Positions 46,274 to 55,649 of a stretch of 64,000 nucleotides of DNA are shown piece by piece. The stretch spans positions 128,196-192,195 of the forward strand of contig CAYFMS010000002.1 in the NCBI GenBank assembly GCA_964344415.1, written 5' to 3'. Positions within the stretch are counted from its first letter, which is position 1. Every line of letters starts with the position of its first letter. A program made the translations under genes and the position numbers. Source of the stretch: an uncultured Gammaproteobacteria bacterium (lineage in GTDB: Bacteria; Patescibacteriota; Patescibacteriia; UBA9934). The notes under the pieces were generated by a model. The model made no database searches. It was not told the origin of the DNA and worked only from the letters and a program-made list of their open reading frames with translations.

Positions 46274-48043
46274 ATGACAAGCGCTGAACTTCGAAAGAAA
46301 TATATCGATTTTTTTACACAGAATGGACATGTAGAAATCCCGTCCGCATCTGTTATTCCCGAAAATGATCCATCTGTTCTCTTTACAACGGCGGGCATGC
46401 ACCCACTCGTTCCGTATTTGATGGGTGAATCGCATCCTTCGGGCAATAGAATTGTGAATTCCCAAAAATGTGTCCGAACTGGTGATATTGATGAAGTCGG
46501 TGATGAAACGCATCTGACATTCTTTGAAATGCTTGGAAATTGGTCGCTTGGTGACTATTTTAAAGATGAATCTATTTCATGGAGCTTTGAATTTTTGACT
46601 TCGGATGAATGGCTGGGAATTCCTACTCAGAAATTAGCGGTGAGTGTATTCGCTGGTGATGACGATGCTCCATTTGATCAAGAAGCATATGACAAATGGT
46701 TATCTCTAGGTCTTCCGGAGGCGCGCATCGCTAAGCTCGGAAAAGAAGATAATTGGTGGCCAGCTGGTGGAAAGCATGCGGGACCTCAAGGGCCAGACAC
46801 GGAAATATTCTATTGGACTGGCGACGGAGAAGCTCCGGATAGCTTTGATCCTGAAAATGAAGCTTGGGTTGAGATTTGGAATAATGTTTTCATGCAATTT
46901 AATAAGGATGAATCAGGTAATCTCTCACCACTTGCGCAGAAAAATGTGGACACGGGCATGGGGCTTGAACGTGTGGTAGCGGTTCTGCAAGGAAAGAAAT
47001 CCCCATATGAAACGGATATATTCGCTGGGATACTTCAAAAAATTGCTGAACTTTCTCAAAAAGAATATGAAGGTGAGTACAAGGAATCGATGCGTGTAAT
47101 TGCGGATCATATTCGAAGTGCTATTGTCATTATTTCGGATGGGATCACTCCGTCGAATAAAGATCAGGGGTACATTTTACGTCGGCTCATTCGCCGCGCT
47201 GTTCGTCATGCACGAAAACTTGATATTGCTGGCGTGGATTTGATGCAGCCATTAACAGACGAGGTTATTTCATCACTTGGCGAGGCTTATCCGAGCATTC
47301 CTGAACAAAAAGATCATATTATTCAAACGCTTGAAGCAGAGGCGCAGAAATTCGACAAAACAGTTGAAAAGGGGCTTCGAGAGCTTAAGAAGTTCTGGGA
47401 TAAGAATGGAAATATTACTGGTGAAGATGCATTTAATTTGTATCAAACATTTGGATTTCCATTTGAGCTTACGGAAGAGGTGGCGAAGGAATATGGTCAG
47501 ACGGTGGAGGCTGGGGAGTTCAGGAAGGCATTTGAAGCACATCAGGCTAAGTCTCGCGAGGGCGCGGGGCAGAAATTTGCTGGTGGCCTTGCGGATACGA
47601 GTGAGGAAACGACGCGATTGCATACTGCAACGCACTTGCTTCATAAGGCCCTTAGAATGGTGCTTGGTGAGCATGTTCAGCAAAAGGGGTCGAATATCAA
47701 TCAAGAACGATTGCGGTTTGATTTTTCGCATGACAAAAAGGTGACGCCCGATGAGATTGCTGAAATTGAAGAGATTATAAATGAGCAGATTGATGCTGCC
47801 TTGCCAGTTTCATTCGGTCTCATGTCGGTTGAGGATGCAAAAGCCGCAGGGGCTCTCGGATTCTTCGAAGACAAATATGCACAGCAAGGCGGAAAGATAA
47901 AAGTTTACTCTGTTGGTGATTTTAGTAAGGAGATTTGCGGTGGACCACATGTCGCGAATACATCAGAACTCGGGAGCTTCAAAATCAAGAAAGAAGAGGC
48001 CTCATCTGCAGGCGTAAGAAGGATTAAAGCAGTGCTTGGTTAG
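46274..48043 (+). CDS. alaS: alanine--tRNA ligase (short form lacking the C-Ala domain)
   Basis: N-terminal FTTAGMHPLVPY, the editing motif HTATHLLH, and GGPHV. 589 aa. Confidence 0.8.
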   Translation: MTSAELRKKYIDFFTQNGHVEIPSASVIPENDPSVLFTTAGMHPLVPYLMGESHPSGNRIVNSQKCVRTGDIDEVGDETHLTFFEMLGNWSLGDYFKDESISWSFEFLTSDEWLGIPTQKLAVSVFAGDDDAPFDQEAYDKWLSLGLPEARIAKLGKEDNWWPAGGKHAGPQGPDTEIFYWTGDGEAPDSFDPENEAWVEIWNNVFMQFNKDESGNLSPLAQKNVDTGMGLERVVAVLQGKKSPYETDIFAGILQKIAELSQKEYEGEYKESMRVIADHIRSAIVIISDGITPSNKDQGYILRRLIRRAVRHARKLDIAGVDLMQPLTDEVISSLGEAYPSIPEQKDHIIQTLEAEAQKFDKTVEKGLRELKKFWDKNGNITGEDAFNLYQTFGFPFELTEEVAKEYGQTVEAGEFRKAFEAHQAKSREGAGQKFAGGLADTSEETTRLHTATHLLHKALRMVLGEHVQQKGSNINQERLRFDFSHDKKVTPDEIAEIEEIINEQIDAALPVSFGLMSVEDAKAAGALGFFEDKYAQQGGKIKVYSVGDFSKEICGGPHVANTSELGSFKIKKEEASSAGVRRIKAVLG

Positions 48044-48103
48044 TCAAGGTAAGTTTTTACCAACAAAAAACCCCATGAAAATTTCAGGGGTTACGTTGGT
48101 ATA

Positions 48104-48865
48104 TCAGGGGAAGCCCAGCTTGCGCCTATTGTATCGATCAGCAAAAGCATGCACTGCGATGATACGCTCCATTTCGTCATCGACCACTAAGCAATGCTTT
48201 GCAATCCTACCACTCGGTGTCTCGAGTAATACAATACGATCATCCTGTTCGTACTGACTCTGTGAGACAGGGTCAAGACCGAAAATAGTTCGGAATTTAA
48301 GCACAACGTAAATGATGGTACCTTCAAGCTCGACTGGCTCGGCATAATCCTCACTCAGATACCGCACCCATTCATCCTGCGAGATTGTTGGTCGAGGTGG
48401 GCGCATGATTGATGCAGGGACATCGCTTGAGAGCTTCGTGCACGACCCGCATCTCTGTTGACCTTTTGACGCGATTCGCCACCTGCAATGACTGCACCAG
48501 TGCAGCGGGGCAGGTTTTTTCTGGCAGATCTCTAAGTTGCTTATCGCGCGTTTATAATTGATGTGATCGGTATTTTCAAACCAGTATCTGTAGTGAGGAT
48601 CATTGTACCTGGGATCATCATATACAAACACGACGCGCACTCTATTCTTTTTGATCCAGTCGCGTACATGACCGATCAGTAGGGGGGTTGCAGGGATTTC
48701 TCCCTGCTTCATCAGTCCATTCTGTACCGCAAATGCGCGGAGATTAACAACGGCTTGTGAGCAATACTTGGCACTGCCCGGATTTTTTATTACTTCTTCG
48801 ATGATGGCAAGTCCTTTTTTTCGGATTGCTGGCTTTATTCGTGTATGATTTGTCATTTCAGACAC
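48104..48865 (-). CDS. hypothetical protein with a central Cys4 zinc ribbon
   Basis: 253 aa. Contains CSHCRW...CGSC. No family recognised. Confidence 0.5.
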   Translation of the reverse strand: MSEMTNHTRIKPAIRKKGLAIIEEVIKNPGSAKYCSQAVVNLRAFAVQNGLMKQGEIPATPLLIGHVRDWIKKNRVRVVFVYDDPRYNDPHYRYWFENTDHINYKRAISNLEICQKKPAPLHWCSHCRWRIASKGQQRCGSCTKLSSDVPASIMRPPRPTISQDEWVRYLSEDYAEPVELEGTIIYVVLKFRTIFGLDPVSQSQYEQDDRIVLLETPSGRIAKHCLVVDDEMERIIAVHAFADRYNRRKLGFP

Positions 48866-49031
48866 TCCTTGTTAATGAACGACATGAGACTTTATCAAGA
48901 ATATATAGACGAGTCAATATTGTGCTGAGTGATTCCTTGACACAATTACATATATTGAGTACACTCCTCATGCGATTTAATAGTTCATTCTCTTGCTAAA
49001 TCGATGAATTACTGTTATATTCCAAGCGATT

Positions 49032-49247
49032 ATGGCAGAAAAACAATTTATCGAGATGCGCGGAACGGTTGAAGAACCTCTTCCAGCCGGAAAATTCCGC
49101 ATCAAGCTTGAAAATGACCAAGAAATCATCGGTCATCTATCTGGAAAACTTCGGAAATTCAGAATCCGAGTTATGCCAGGGGATGACGTCAAAGTCGAGA
49201 TCAGTCCGTATGACTTGACGAAAGGTCGCATCACGTATCGCTTCTGA
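49032..49247 (+). CDS. infA: translation initiation factor IF-1
   Basis: S1-like OB fold: [42 protein letters not shown]. Confidence 0.85.
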   Translation: MAEKQFIEMRGTVEEPLPAGKFRIKLENDQEIIGHLSGKLRKFRIRVMPGDDVKVEISPYDLTKGRITYRF

Positions 49248-49319
49248 TACGACATGTCGGTCTTTAAAAACATCACCAAATTTTAGAGGTGATGTTTTGA
49301 TTAGTAAAAACCTTAAACT

Positions 49320-49433
49320 ATGAAGGTACGAGCATCTGTAAAAAAAATGTGCCGAGACTGTCGGACAATTCGTCGCAAAGGTCGCGTGCATGTTATTTGT
49401 AAAAACCCAAAGCATAAACAGCGCCAAGGGTAA
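49320..49433 (+). CDS. rpmJ: 50S ribosomal protein L36
   Basis: [37 protein letters not shown]. 37 aa, below the ORF-track cutoff. Confidence 0.8.
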   Translation: MKVRASVKKMCRDCRTIRRKGRVHVICKNPKHKQRQG

Positions 49434-49458
49434 TTAATTCAAAAGGACACTGAATAGT

Positions 49459-49845
49459 ATGGCAAGAATTGCTGGAGTATTGATTCCGTCAAATAAACAA
49501 GTTGTGATTGCCCTCACATACATTTATGGTATTGGGCTGTCAACATCAAAGAAAATCCTTGCGCAAGCTGGAGTTGACGAATCTACAAAATCAAAAGATT
49601 TAACGGCTGAAGAAGAAAATAAAATCCGTACACTTGTTGAAAAAGAACACAAGGTAGAGGGTGAGCTTCGTCGTCAAACAATGGCGAATATTAAACGTCT
49701 AAAAGAAATTGGTTCATACCGCGGAGAGCGTCATAAGGCGCATCTGCCAGTACGTGGTCAGCGAACAAAGTCAAATTCACGAACGGTTCGTGGAAATGTA
49801 CGTCGAACAGCTGGAAGCGGACGTCGTATAATCTCTAAGACCTAA
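49459..49845 (+). CDS. rpsM: 30S ribosomal protein S13
   Basis: MARIAGV...YGIG motif and a basic C-terminus. Confidence 0.9.
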   Translation: MARIAGVLIPSNKQVVIALTYIYGIGLSTSKKILAQAGVDESTKSKDLTAEEENKIRTLVEKEHKVEGELRRQTMANIKRLKEIGSYRGERHKAHLPVRGQRTKSNSRTVRGNVRRTAGSGRRIISKT

Positions 49846-49848
49846 ACT

Positions 49849-50301
49849 ATGTCTGAAGAAGCAGTAAAGGAAGTAAAAAAGAATGAAGCCGCTGAGAAGA
49901 AAGTCCAGGCAAAGTTCATCCGAACAGCCAAGGGTAAAAAGCGTCAATTCAAGTCAATTCCACGAGGTCGAGCCTATGTAAATGCATCCGTGAATAATAC
50001 GATTATCACGATTACAGATCCAAATGGAAATGTAGTGACATGGGCAAGTTCAGGAAATTGTGGATTTAAAGGACCAAAAAAGGCAACGCCATATGCAGCA
50101 AGTGTTGTTGTAAATAAAGTAGCCGATAATTTGGAGCCATACGGAATGCGAGAATTGCATATCATCACCAATGGTATTGGAGGTGGACGTGATTCGGCAA
50201 TCCGAACACTTAATTCAAAAGGGTTTAGCATTCTTTCAATCAAAGAAGTAACTCCGGTACCTCATAATGGTTGCCGCCCACGTCGCGTACGACGCGTTTA
50301 A
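49849..50301 (+). CDS. rpsK: 30S ribosomal protein S11
   Basis: Motifs ASFNNTIVTITD-like and GGGRDSAIR. Confidence 0.9.
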   Translation: MSEEAVKEVKKNEAAEKKVQAKFIRTAKGKKRQFKSIPRGRAYVNASVNNTIITITDPNGNVVTWASSGNCGFKGPKKATPYAASVVVNKVADNLEPYGMRELHIITNGIGGGRDSAIRTLNSKGFSILSIKEVTPVPHNGCRPRRVRRV

Positions 50302-50309
50302 TTGTTTGT

Positions 50310-50930
50310 ATGGGAAAAACACTTAAGAAAATGGGAAAAATGAGTCGACGCGATAGCGTTGCACTCTCAACGAGTGGAAAGGTGCTGAAAGTAATGCAGC
50401 GTCGTCCATATGGCCCTGGTCAGCATGGAAATACTCGACGTAGAAGGCGTTTATCTGTTTACGGTCAGCAATTGCGCGAAAAACAGAAGGCAAAACGACT
50501 ATACGGAGTTCTTGAAAAGCAATTCCGAAACTATTTCTCAAAGGCATCAAATATGCCTGGAAATACGCCAGATAACTTGAGTCGACTTCTTGAAACTCGA
50601 CTTGATAATGTTGTATTTCGCCTTGGACTTGCAAAAACACGTCCTCAGGCTCGTCAAATGGTTTCACATGCTCTCTTCACGGTTAATGGAAACAAGGTTA
50701 ATATTCCTTCATACCAAGTACGTGTTGACGATGTAATTGCTGTTCGCGAAAACAAACAGAAAAAGGGAGTATTTGCTGATCTTGATGAAAGAATGAAGAA
50801 TCACACAGTCCCTGGATGGTTGCATATGGATGCATCAGTAAAGGAGGGGAAGGTTGTGAATATGCCAGAAGGTGAAGATCTGAAAGAGGTATATGATCCT
50901 ACACTCATTGTTGAGTTCTATTCACGCTAA
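50310..50930 (+). CDS. rpsD: 30S ribosomal protein S4
   Basis: An S4 domain follows the N-terminal zinc-finger-less region. The start is the first ATG after the rpsK stop. Confidence 0.85.
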   Translation: MGKTLKKMGKMSRRDSVALSTSGKVLKVMQRRPYGPGQHGNTRRRRRLSVYGQQLREKQKAKRLYGVLEKQFRNYFSKASNMPGNTPDNLSRLLETRLDNVVFRLGLAKTRPQARQMVSHALFTVNGNKVNIPSYQVRVDDVIAVRENKQKKGVFADLDERMKNHTVPGWLHMDASVKEGKVVNMPEGEDLKEVYDPTLIVEFYSR

Positions 50931-50938
50931 TATATATT

Positions 50939-51709
50939 ATGGAAAATATTCTACTTCCATCAAAGATGACGTTCACGGATGGTGAACGAGAACATGAAAC
51001 GATTCTTACAATTGAACCGCTTCATCATGGTTACGGAACGACAATTGGAAACAGTTTGCGCCGTGTCCTACTTTCTTCACTTGAAGGAGCTGCGGTTACA
51101 GCTGTAAAAATCAAAGGTGCACAGCATGAATTCTCAACAGTAGACGGAATCAAAGAAGATGTTCTTGAAGTTATTCTTAATCTCAAGAAACTTCGAATGA
51201 AAATGCATGCAAATGATTCTGTGACACTACAAATTGAAAAAACAGGTCATGTTGGTTCGGTAACAGCAAAGGACATTGAAGCAAATGCTGATGTTGAAAT
51301 CATGAATACCGACCTTGTTCTTGCAACACTTACGGACAAGAAGGCTACGCTTAACATGGAAATCACGGTAAGTCGTGGTCGAGGGTTCCTTCCAACAGAA
51401 GAAATGGACACAACAGGAAATGAAATTGGTCTTATTGCCGTTGATGCAATGTTTAGCCCAATTGTGAATGTTGGAATGAAAGTTGAAAACACGCGTGTTG
51501 GTGAGATTACGAACTATGACCGTCTTGTAATGGCTATTACAACAGATGGAACGGTTACAGCTCAGGAAGCGGTGACGAATGCAGCGCAGGTGATCATGAA
51601 TCACTTCAACTGGATTGATGGACAGCTTTCTCATGCATCGCTTACGGAAAAAATTAATACCGCTCAGGAAGAAAAAAAGGAAACGGAGGATGATTCTGAC
51701 GAAGAATAA
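50939..51709 (+). CDS. rpoA: DNA-directed RNA polymerase alpha subunit (NTD only, acidic tail)
   Basis: 256 aa of alpha-NTD only (IEPLHHGYGTTIGNSLRRVLLSS). It ends in an acidic tail and has no alpha-CTD. Confidence 0.8.
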   Translation: MENILLPSKMTFTDGEREHETILTIEPLHHGYGTTIGNSLRRVLLSSLEGAAVTAVKIKGAQHEFSTVDGIKEDVLEVILNLKKLRMKMHANDSVTLQIEKTGHVGSVTAKDIEANADVEIMNTDLVLATLTDKKATLNMEITVSRGRGFLPTEEMDTTGNEIGLIAVDAMFSPIVNVGMKVENTRVGEITNYDRLVMAITTDGTVTAQEAVTNAAQVIMNHFNWIDGQLSHASLTEKINTAQEEKKETEDDSDEE

Positions 51710-51711
51710 TT

Positions 51712-52062
51712 ATGCGACATAGAAATACGACAAAAACACTTGGCCGAAAGGTATCTGCTCGCAAGGCGCTTCTACGCGACCTCGCGACGAGTGTTATTGT
51801 CTATGAAAAAATTCAGACAACAGAGGGGAAGGCAAAGGCAGTAAAGCCTGTTGTTGAAAAGCTCATCACGACAGCTAAAAAGGGAGATTTGGCGGCTCGA
51901 CGAAAGTTGATCGCTTTCTTCACGACAAAGCAGCCGGTTGATAAGCTCATGGATGTTATTGGACCTCGTTATAAGAAACGCGAGGGAGGCTACACGCGTA
52001 TCCGCAAAGTTGGTTTCCGTCAGGGTGATGGAGCGCGAACGGTTGAATTAGAACTTGTATAG
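51712..52062 (+). CDS. rplQ: 50S ribosomal protein L17
   Basis: MRHRNTTKTLGRKVSARKALLRDL... Confidence 0.9.
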   Translation: MRHRNTTKTLGRKVSARKALLRDLATSVIVYEKIQTTEGKAKAVKPVVEKLITTAKKGDLAARRKLIAFFTTKQPVDKLMDVIGPRYKKREGGYTRIRKVGFRQGDGARTVELELV

Positions 52063-52063
52063 T

Positions 52064-52417
52064 ATGGAAATGACAAGAGAAACATATAAGATTGATGCTG
52101 AGAACCAGGTGCTCGGTCGTCTGGCAACAGATATTGCAATGCATTTGATGGGAAAGCATCGTCCTAATTATCAACCACATATCGATAGTGGAGATATTGT
52201 TGAGGTATCAAATGTTGGTAAAATCCAGGTTTCTGGAAAGAAAATGCAGCAGAAGAAGTATTACCGTCATTCAGGATACCCAGGTGGATTAAAAACGAAG
52301 GTAATGGAAAAGATTTGGGCGGAAGATCCAGCTCAGATTTTGAAAGCTGCCGTATCTCGAATGCTTCCAAAGAATAAATTACGCGCAGATAGAATGAAGC
52401 GCCTCATTATCAAGTAA
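52064..52417 (+). CDS. rplM: 50S ribosomal protein L13
   Basis: Contains IDAENQVLGRLAT. The alternative start at 52055 overlaps the rplQ stop. Confidence 0.85.
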   Translation: MEMTRETYKIDAENQVLGRLATDIAMHLMGKHRPNYQPHIDSGDIVEVSNVGKIQVSGKKMQQKKYYRHSGYPGGLKTKVMEKIWAEDPAQILKAAVSRMLPKNKLRADRMKRLIIK

Positions 52418-52418
52418 T

Positions 52419-52817
52419 ATGGCAGATCAGAAATATATACAAAGCATTGGGCGGCGTAAAACTGCTATTGCACAGGTAAGAATTTATCCAGGTGGAACCG
52501 GTAAATTTACCGTGAATGAACGAGATTTGAGTGATTACTTCAAAGTTTCATCACAAATCGACACGGTAATGAAGCCGCTTAAGACAACGGGTAAGACGGA
52601 ATCGATGGACATTACGGTTCGTGCGGTCGGCGGAGGTCATACCGGTCAAGCCGATGCAATCAGCCTCGGTGTTGCACGCGCGCTCGTAAAGTATGACGAG
52701 ACGCTGAAAACAACAGTAAAGTCAGAAGGATTGCTTACACGCGATGCTCGAAAGAAAGAACGAAAGAAATTTGGAAAACGCGGTGCTCGACGTTCACGTC
52801 AGTGGCGCAAACGATAA
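52419..52817 (+). CDS. rpsI: 30S ribosomal protein S9
   Basis: GGGHTGQADAISLGVARAL and a C-terminal ...RRSRQWRKR. Confidence 0.9.
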   Translation: MADQKYIQSIGRRKTAIAQVRIYPGGTGKFTVNERDLSDYFKVSSQIDTVMKPLKTTGKTESMDITVRAVGGGHTGQADAISLGVARALVKYDETLKTTVKSEGLLTRDARKKERKKFGKRGARRSRQWRKR

Positions 52818-52845
52818 AAACAGGCAATTGCCTGTTTTTATCTTG
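52818..52845 (+). terminator. rho-independent terminator after rpsI
   Basis: Perfect palindrome caggcaattgcctg followed by T5. Confidence 0.65.
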
Positions 52846-52896
52846 CCTGAATTGAAATGCAGAGTACCAAGTTGACAGTTGATACACTTTAAATAT

Positions 52897-53115
52897 ATGG
52901 CTACGACAAAACGTAGGGTGAATGTTAGTCTCCCCAAGCAAACCGACACTGCTCTAAAAAAACTAGCAATGCGAGATGATGTTCCAGAAGCTACAAAAGC
53001 CTTGGAGCTTATTCAAATTGCGCTCGAAATTGAAGAGGACGAAATACTAGACTCCCTTGCAGGTGCTAGAAGTGGCAAGGGTACTTTTGCTTCACATGAC
53101 GATGCATGGGCATGA
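52897..53115 (+). CDS. ribbon-helix-helix (CopG/antitoxin-like) DNA-binding protein
   Basis: Begins MATTKRRVNVSLPKQTDTALKKLA, which has an RHH beta-strand signature. No adjacent toxin is visible. Confidence 0.5.
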   Translation: MATTKRRVNVSLPKQTDTALKKLAMRDDVPEATKALELIQIALEIEEDEILDSLAGARSGKGTFASHDDAWA

Positions 53116-53221
53116 TCTTCACCATCAAATATCATGAGAAAAAGGTTATCATTATTCTACATCGGAGAGAGGTGTATAAACGATCTGAGGATAGGATCTG
53201 ATTTAATAATAGTGAGCACCG

Positions 53222-53590
53222 ATGATAGCTTATTGGTCAAATTTCTTTGCTTTGGAGATTATCTTCATTAATAGTACAATTCGTCATATGAAGCGTATAT
53301 TTGCACTATTCAAACAAACTCCGATCTACTTTAGGGCCGGTTTTATCATCTTGCTTATTAGTCTCACTGTTCTTATTCTCGGACTTACCGCAGATATGTA
53401 TGACATTCCAGCATTTGGTTATATATCGGACATTTTTCTTTTTCCGGCAATAATTACACTTGGGTGGGGATTGGATAGAGCGGTCGATAATACCGTCTGG
53501 TTCAATATATTATTTGCATTCGTCTATCTATTTTTCTGGCCAATCGTCATTTCACTCCTTGTATACGTAACAACGCGTGGTAAAAAATAA
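53222..53590 (+). CDS. hypothetical membrane protein
   Basis: 122 aa with three TM helices. Confidence 0.4.
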   Translation: MIAYWSNFFALEIIFINSTIRHMKRIFALFKQTPIYFRAGFIILLISLTVLILGLTADMYDIPAFGYISDIFLFPAIITLGWGLDRAVDNTVWFNILFAFVYLFFWPIVISLLVYVTTRGKK

Positions 53591-54173
53591 AACAAAAATA
53601 ATCATAGGAATTCTCGGCGCCACATATATCCTATTTTGGCTGCCATTTGTTTTTATTTTCTCGAATACGGAGATGTACGACGAAGGTACGGATGGGTTCG
53701 ATACCGCCTTGGTCCTTGGAGGACTCCATATTCCGAGTACTGAATTGACTCCACTAAATAAAGAGCGCCTGGATGTAGCGAGATATTTGTATGAACAAGA
53801 TAAGATAGGGAATATTATTGTTTCAAATACGGTCGACGCTGCCTCGGCAATGAAAGGTTATCTTATAAAAAACGGCGTAGATACTGATGATATACAGTTG
53901 GATTCAAATGCAGATATCACAAGTGATAGTTGTCGGTATGTAAAGAGAAATCTCGAGAATGAGTCGGTCATAATTATTTCCCAACATTTTCATCTCCCAA
54001 GAGCATTGTTTTTGTGCAAGAAGGCTGGAGTGCATGCTTTTGGTTATGCAGCTGAAGAAATTCGCGGTCCAGAGAATGTTTCATCATGGATCGGCGCATT
54101 GCCAACAAGAGTTTATCGGTATCACCGTGAAGCATTGCTTCTAAATCTCGCGATTTTAAATATATATAAATAA
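53577..54173 (+). CDS. DUF218 (SanA/ElyC/YdcF-like) protein
   Basis: N-terminal TM helix, then ALVLGG... and IIVSN. The fold is DUF218-like. Confidence 0.55.
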   Translation: MVKNKTKIIIGILGATYILFWLPFVFIFSNTEMYDEGTDGFDTALVLGGLHIPSTELTPLNKERLDVARYLYEQDKIGNIIVSNTVDAASAMKGYLIKNGVDTDDIQLDSNADITSDSCRYVKRNLENESVIIISQHFHLPRALFLCKKAGVHAFGYAAEEIRGPENVSSWIGALPTRVYRYHREALLLNLAILNIYK

Positions 54174-54221
54174 TAAGTTCGGCTTGCCACCGCATGTAAA
54201 TTTACGTACGATGGGGACATT

Positions 54222-55649
54222 ATGAGCCGAATACTCATAAAAAATACGGCCTATTTTACGGCTGCAAGCATCGCTCAAAAAGTGATCGCTTTTTTGTATT
54301 TTGCTTTGATCGCGAAATACATGGGAGTTGAAAATACGGGGTCATATTTCCTTGCAACATCTATCGTGGTGATGCTTAGCGTCCTCGAAGATATTGGGCT
54401 AAATTCTGTGATCATACGAGAAATTGCAAAAAAGCAAGAGGCTGCATCTCAATGGCTCTCAGCCGTGATGGGGTGGAAACTGATCACGGTGCCGCTTACA
54501 CTTATTCTCGTTTACTTTCTACCGCTTTGGCTTGGTTATGATCAAGAAGTGACATCCCTTATTCGATTTGGATCGATTATCTTGGTTGCCGATACGCTGT
54601 CATTGTCATTTTATGGGGTGTTACGAGGAATGCGGCGATTACGATTCGAATCAATCGGTATATTTTTGGCTCAGCTCACAATAACCATCGTCGGATCAAT
54701 ATTTATATTATCCGGCAAAGCGACGGTTCAGATTCTGGTCTTGGCACTTGGTGCTGGATCTATTGTAAATATGCTGTACTCCGGAAGTGTTGTCTTTCGG
54801 AAGCTTGGCCTACGATCGATAATTCCGCGTTGGGATATGGGATTGAAACCGGTGAAAATGGCATCCGCATTTTTTCTCGCTGCAATATTCACAAAAGTCT
54901 ATTCTTATATTGATACCATTGTTATTTCAAAGGTGTTGGGCGAGGCATCTGTTGGTATTTATGCCATCGCCTATAAATTGACATACTCTTTTCAATTTTT
55001 GCCACTCGCTTTTGTCGCAGCACTTTATCCGAGTATGAGTCATGCGTCGCATGATTCAGAGGCTCTGAAACGTCAATTGCTCCAAAGCTATTGGTATATG
55101 TTCTTGCTTGCAACGCCGATTGTATTTGGAATTTGGGCACTTGCTGAGCCCATCGTTGTAACATTTTCATCTGAGGAATTTATCGATGCTGTGCCGGTTC
55201 TACGAACCATGATTTTCGTTTTATATTTCGTTTTTCTTGATTTTCCCATTGGATCTTTGCTGAATGCAACGAATAGACAAGCAACCAAGACAGCGATCAT
55301 GGGCGTATCAATGCTCGTGAATATCGCATTGAATGTCATATTAATCCCGATGATTGGGATTATGGGGGCTGCAATAGCTGCATTATGCAGTTTAGGGCTA
55401 TTATTTGTACTTGACTGGGTCTTTTCTCAAAAAACGGTTAGGGTACGTATATTTGAGTTTTTAAGCATTACTTGGGGAATATTGCTCGCAGGTCTTCTTA
55501 TGGCATTTATTGTGTCGTCGTTGAGTGATTCAGTTCACTTTGTCGCATTAATCCCGCTCGGTGCCATTATCTTTTTTGCTGTTCTTATTCTCACGAAATC
55601 CATCGATATTCGTAAAATACATGCAATACTCATAGGGAAGGTAATATGA
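54222..55649 (+). CDS. oligosaccharide/polysaccharide flippase (Wzx, MOP superfamily)
   Basis: 475 aa with about 12 TM helices, and the N-terminal pattern KNTAYFTAASIAQKVIAF. Confidence 0.65.
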   Translation: MSRILIKNTAYFTAASIAQKVIAFLYFALIAKYMGVENTGSYFLATSIVVMLSVLEDIGLNSVIIREIAKKQEAASQWLSAVMGWKLITVPLTLILVYFLPLWLGYDQEVTSLIRFGSIILVADTLSLSFYGVLRGMRRLRFESIGIFLAQLTITIVGSIFILSGKATVQILVLALGAGSIVNMLYSGSVVFRKLGLRSIIPRWDMGLKPVKMASAFFLAAIFTKVYSYIDTIVISKVLGEASVGIYAIAYKLTYSFQFLPLAFVAALYPSMSHASHDSEALKRQLLQSYWYMFLLATPIVFGIWALAEPIVVTFSSEEFIDAVPVLRTMIFVLYFVFLDFPIGSLLNATNRQATKTAIMGVSMLVNIALNVILIPMIGIMGAAIAALCSLGLLFVLDWVFSQKTVRVRIFEFLSITWGILLAGLLMAFIVSSLSDSVHFVALIPLGAIIFFAVLILTKSIDIRKIHAILIGKVI

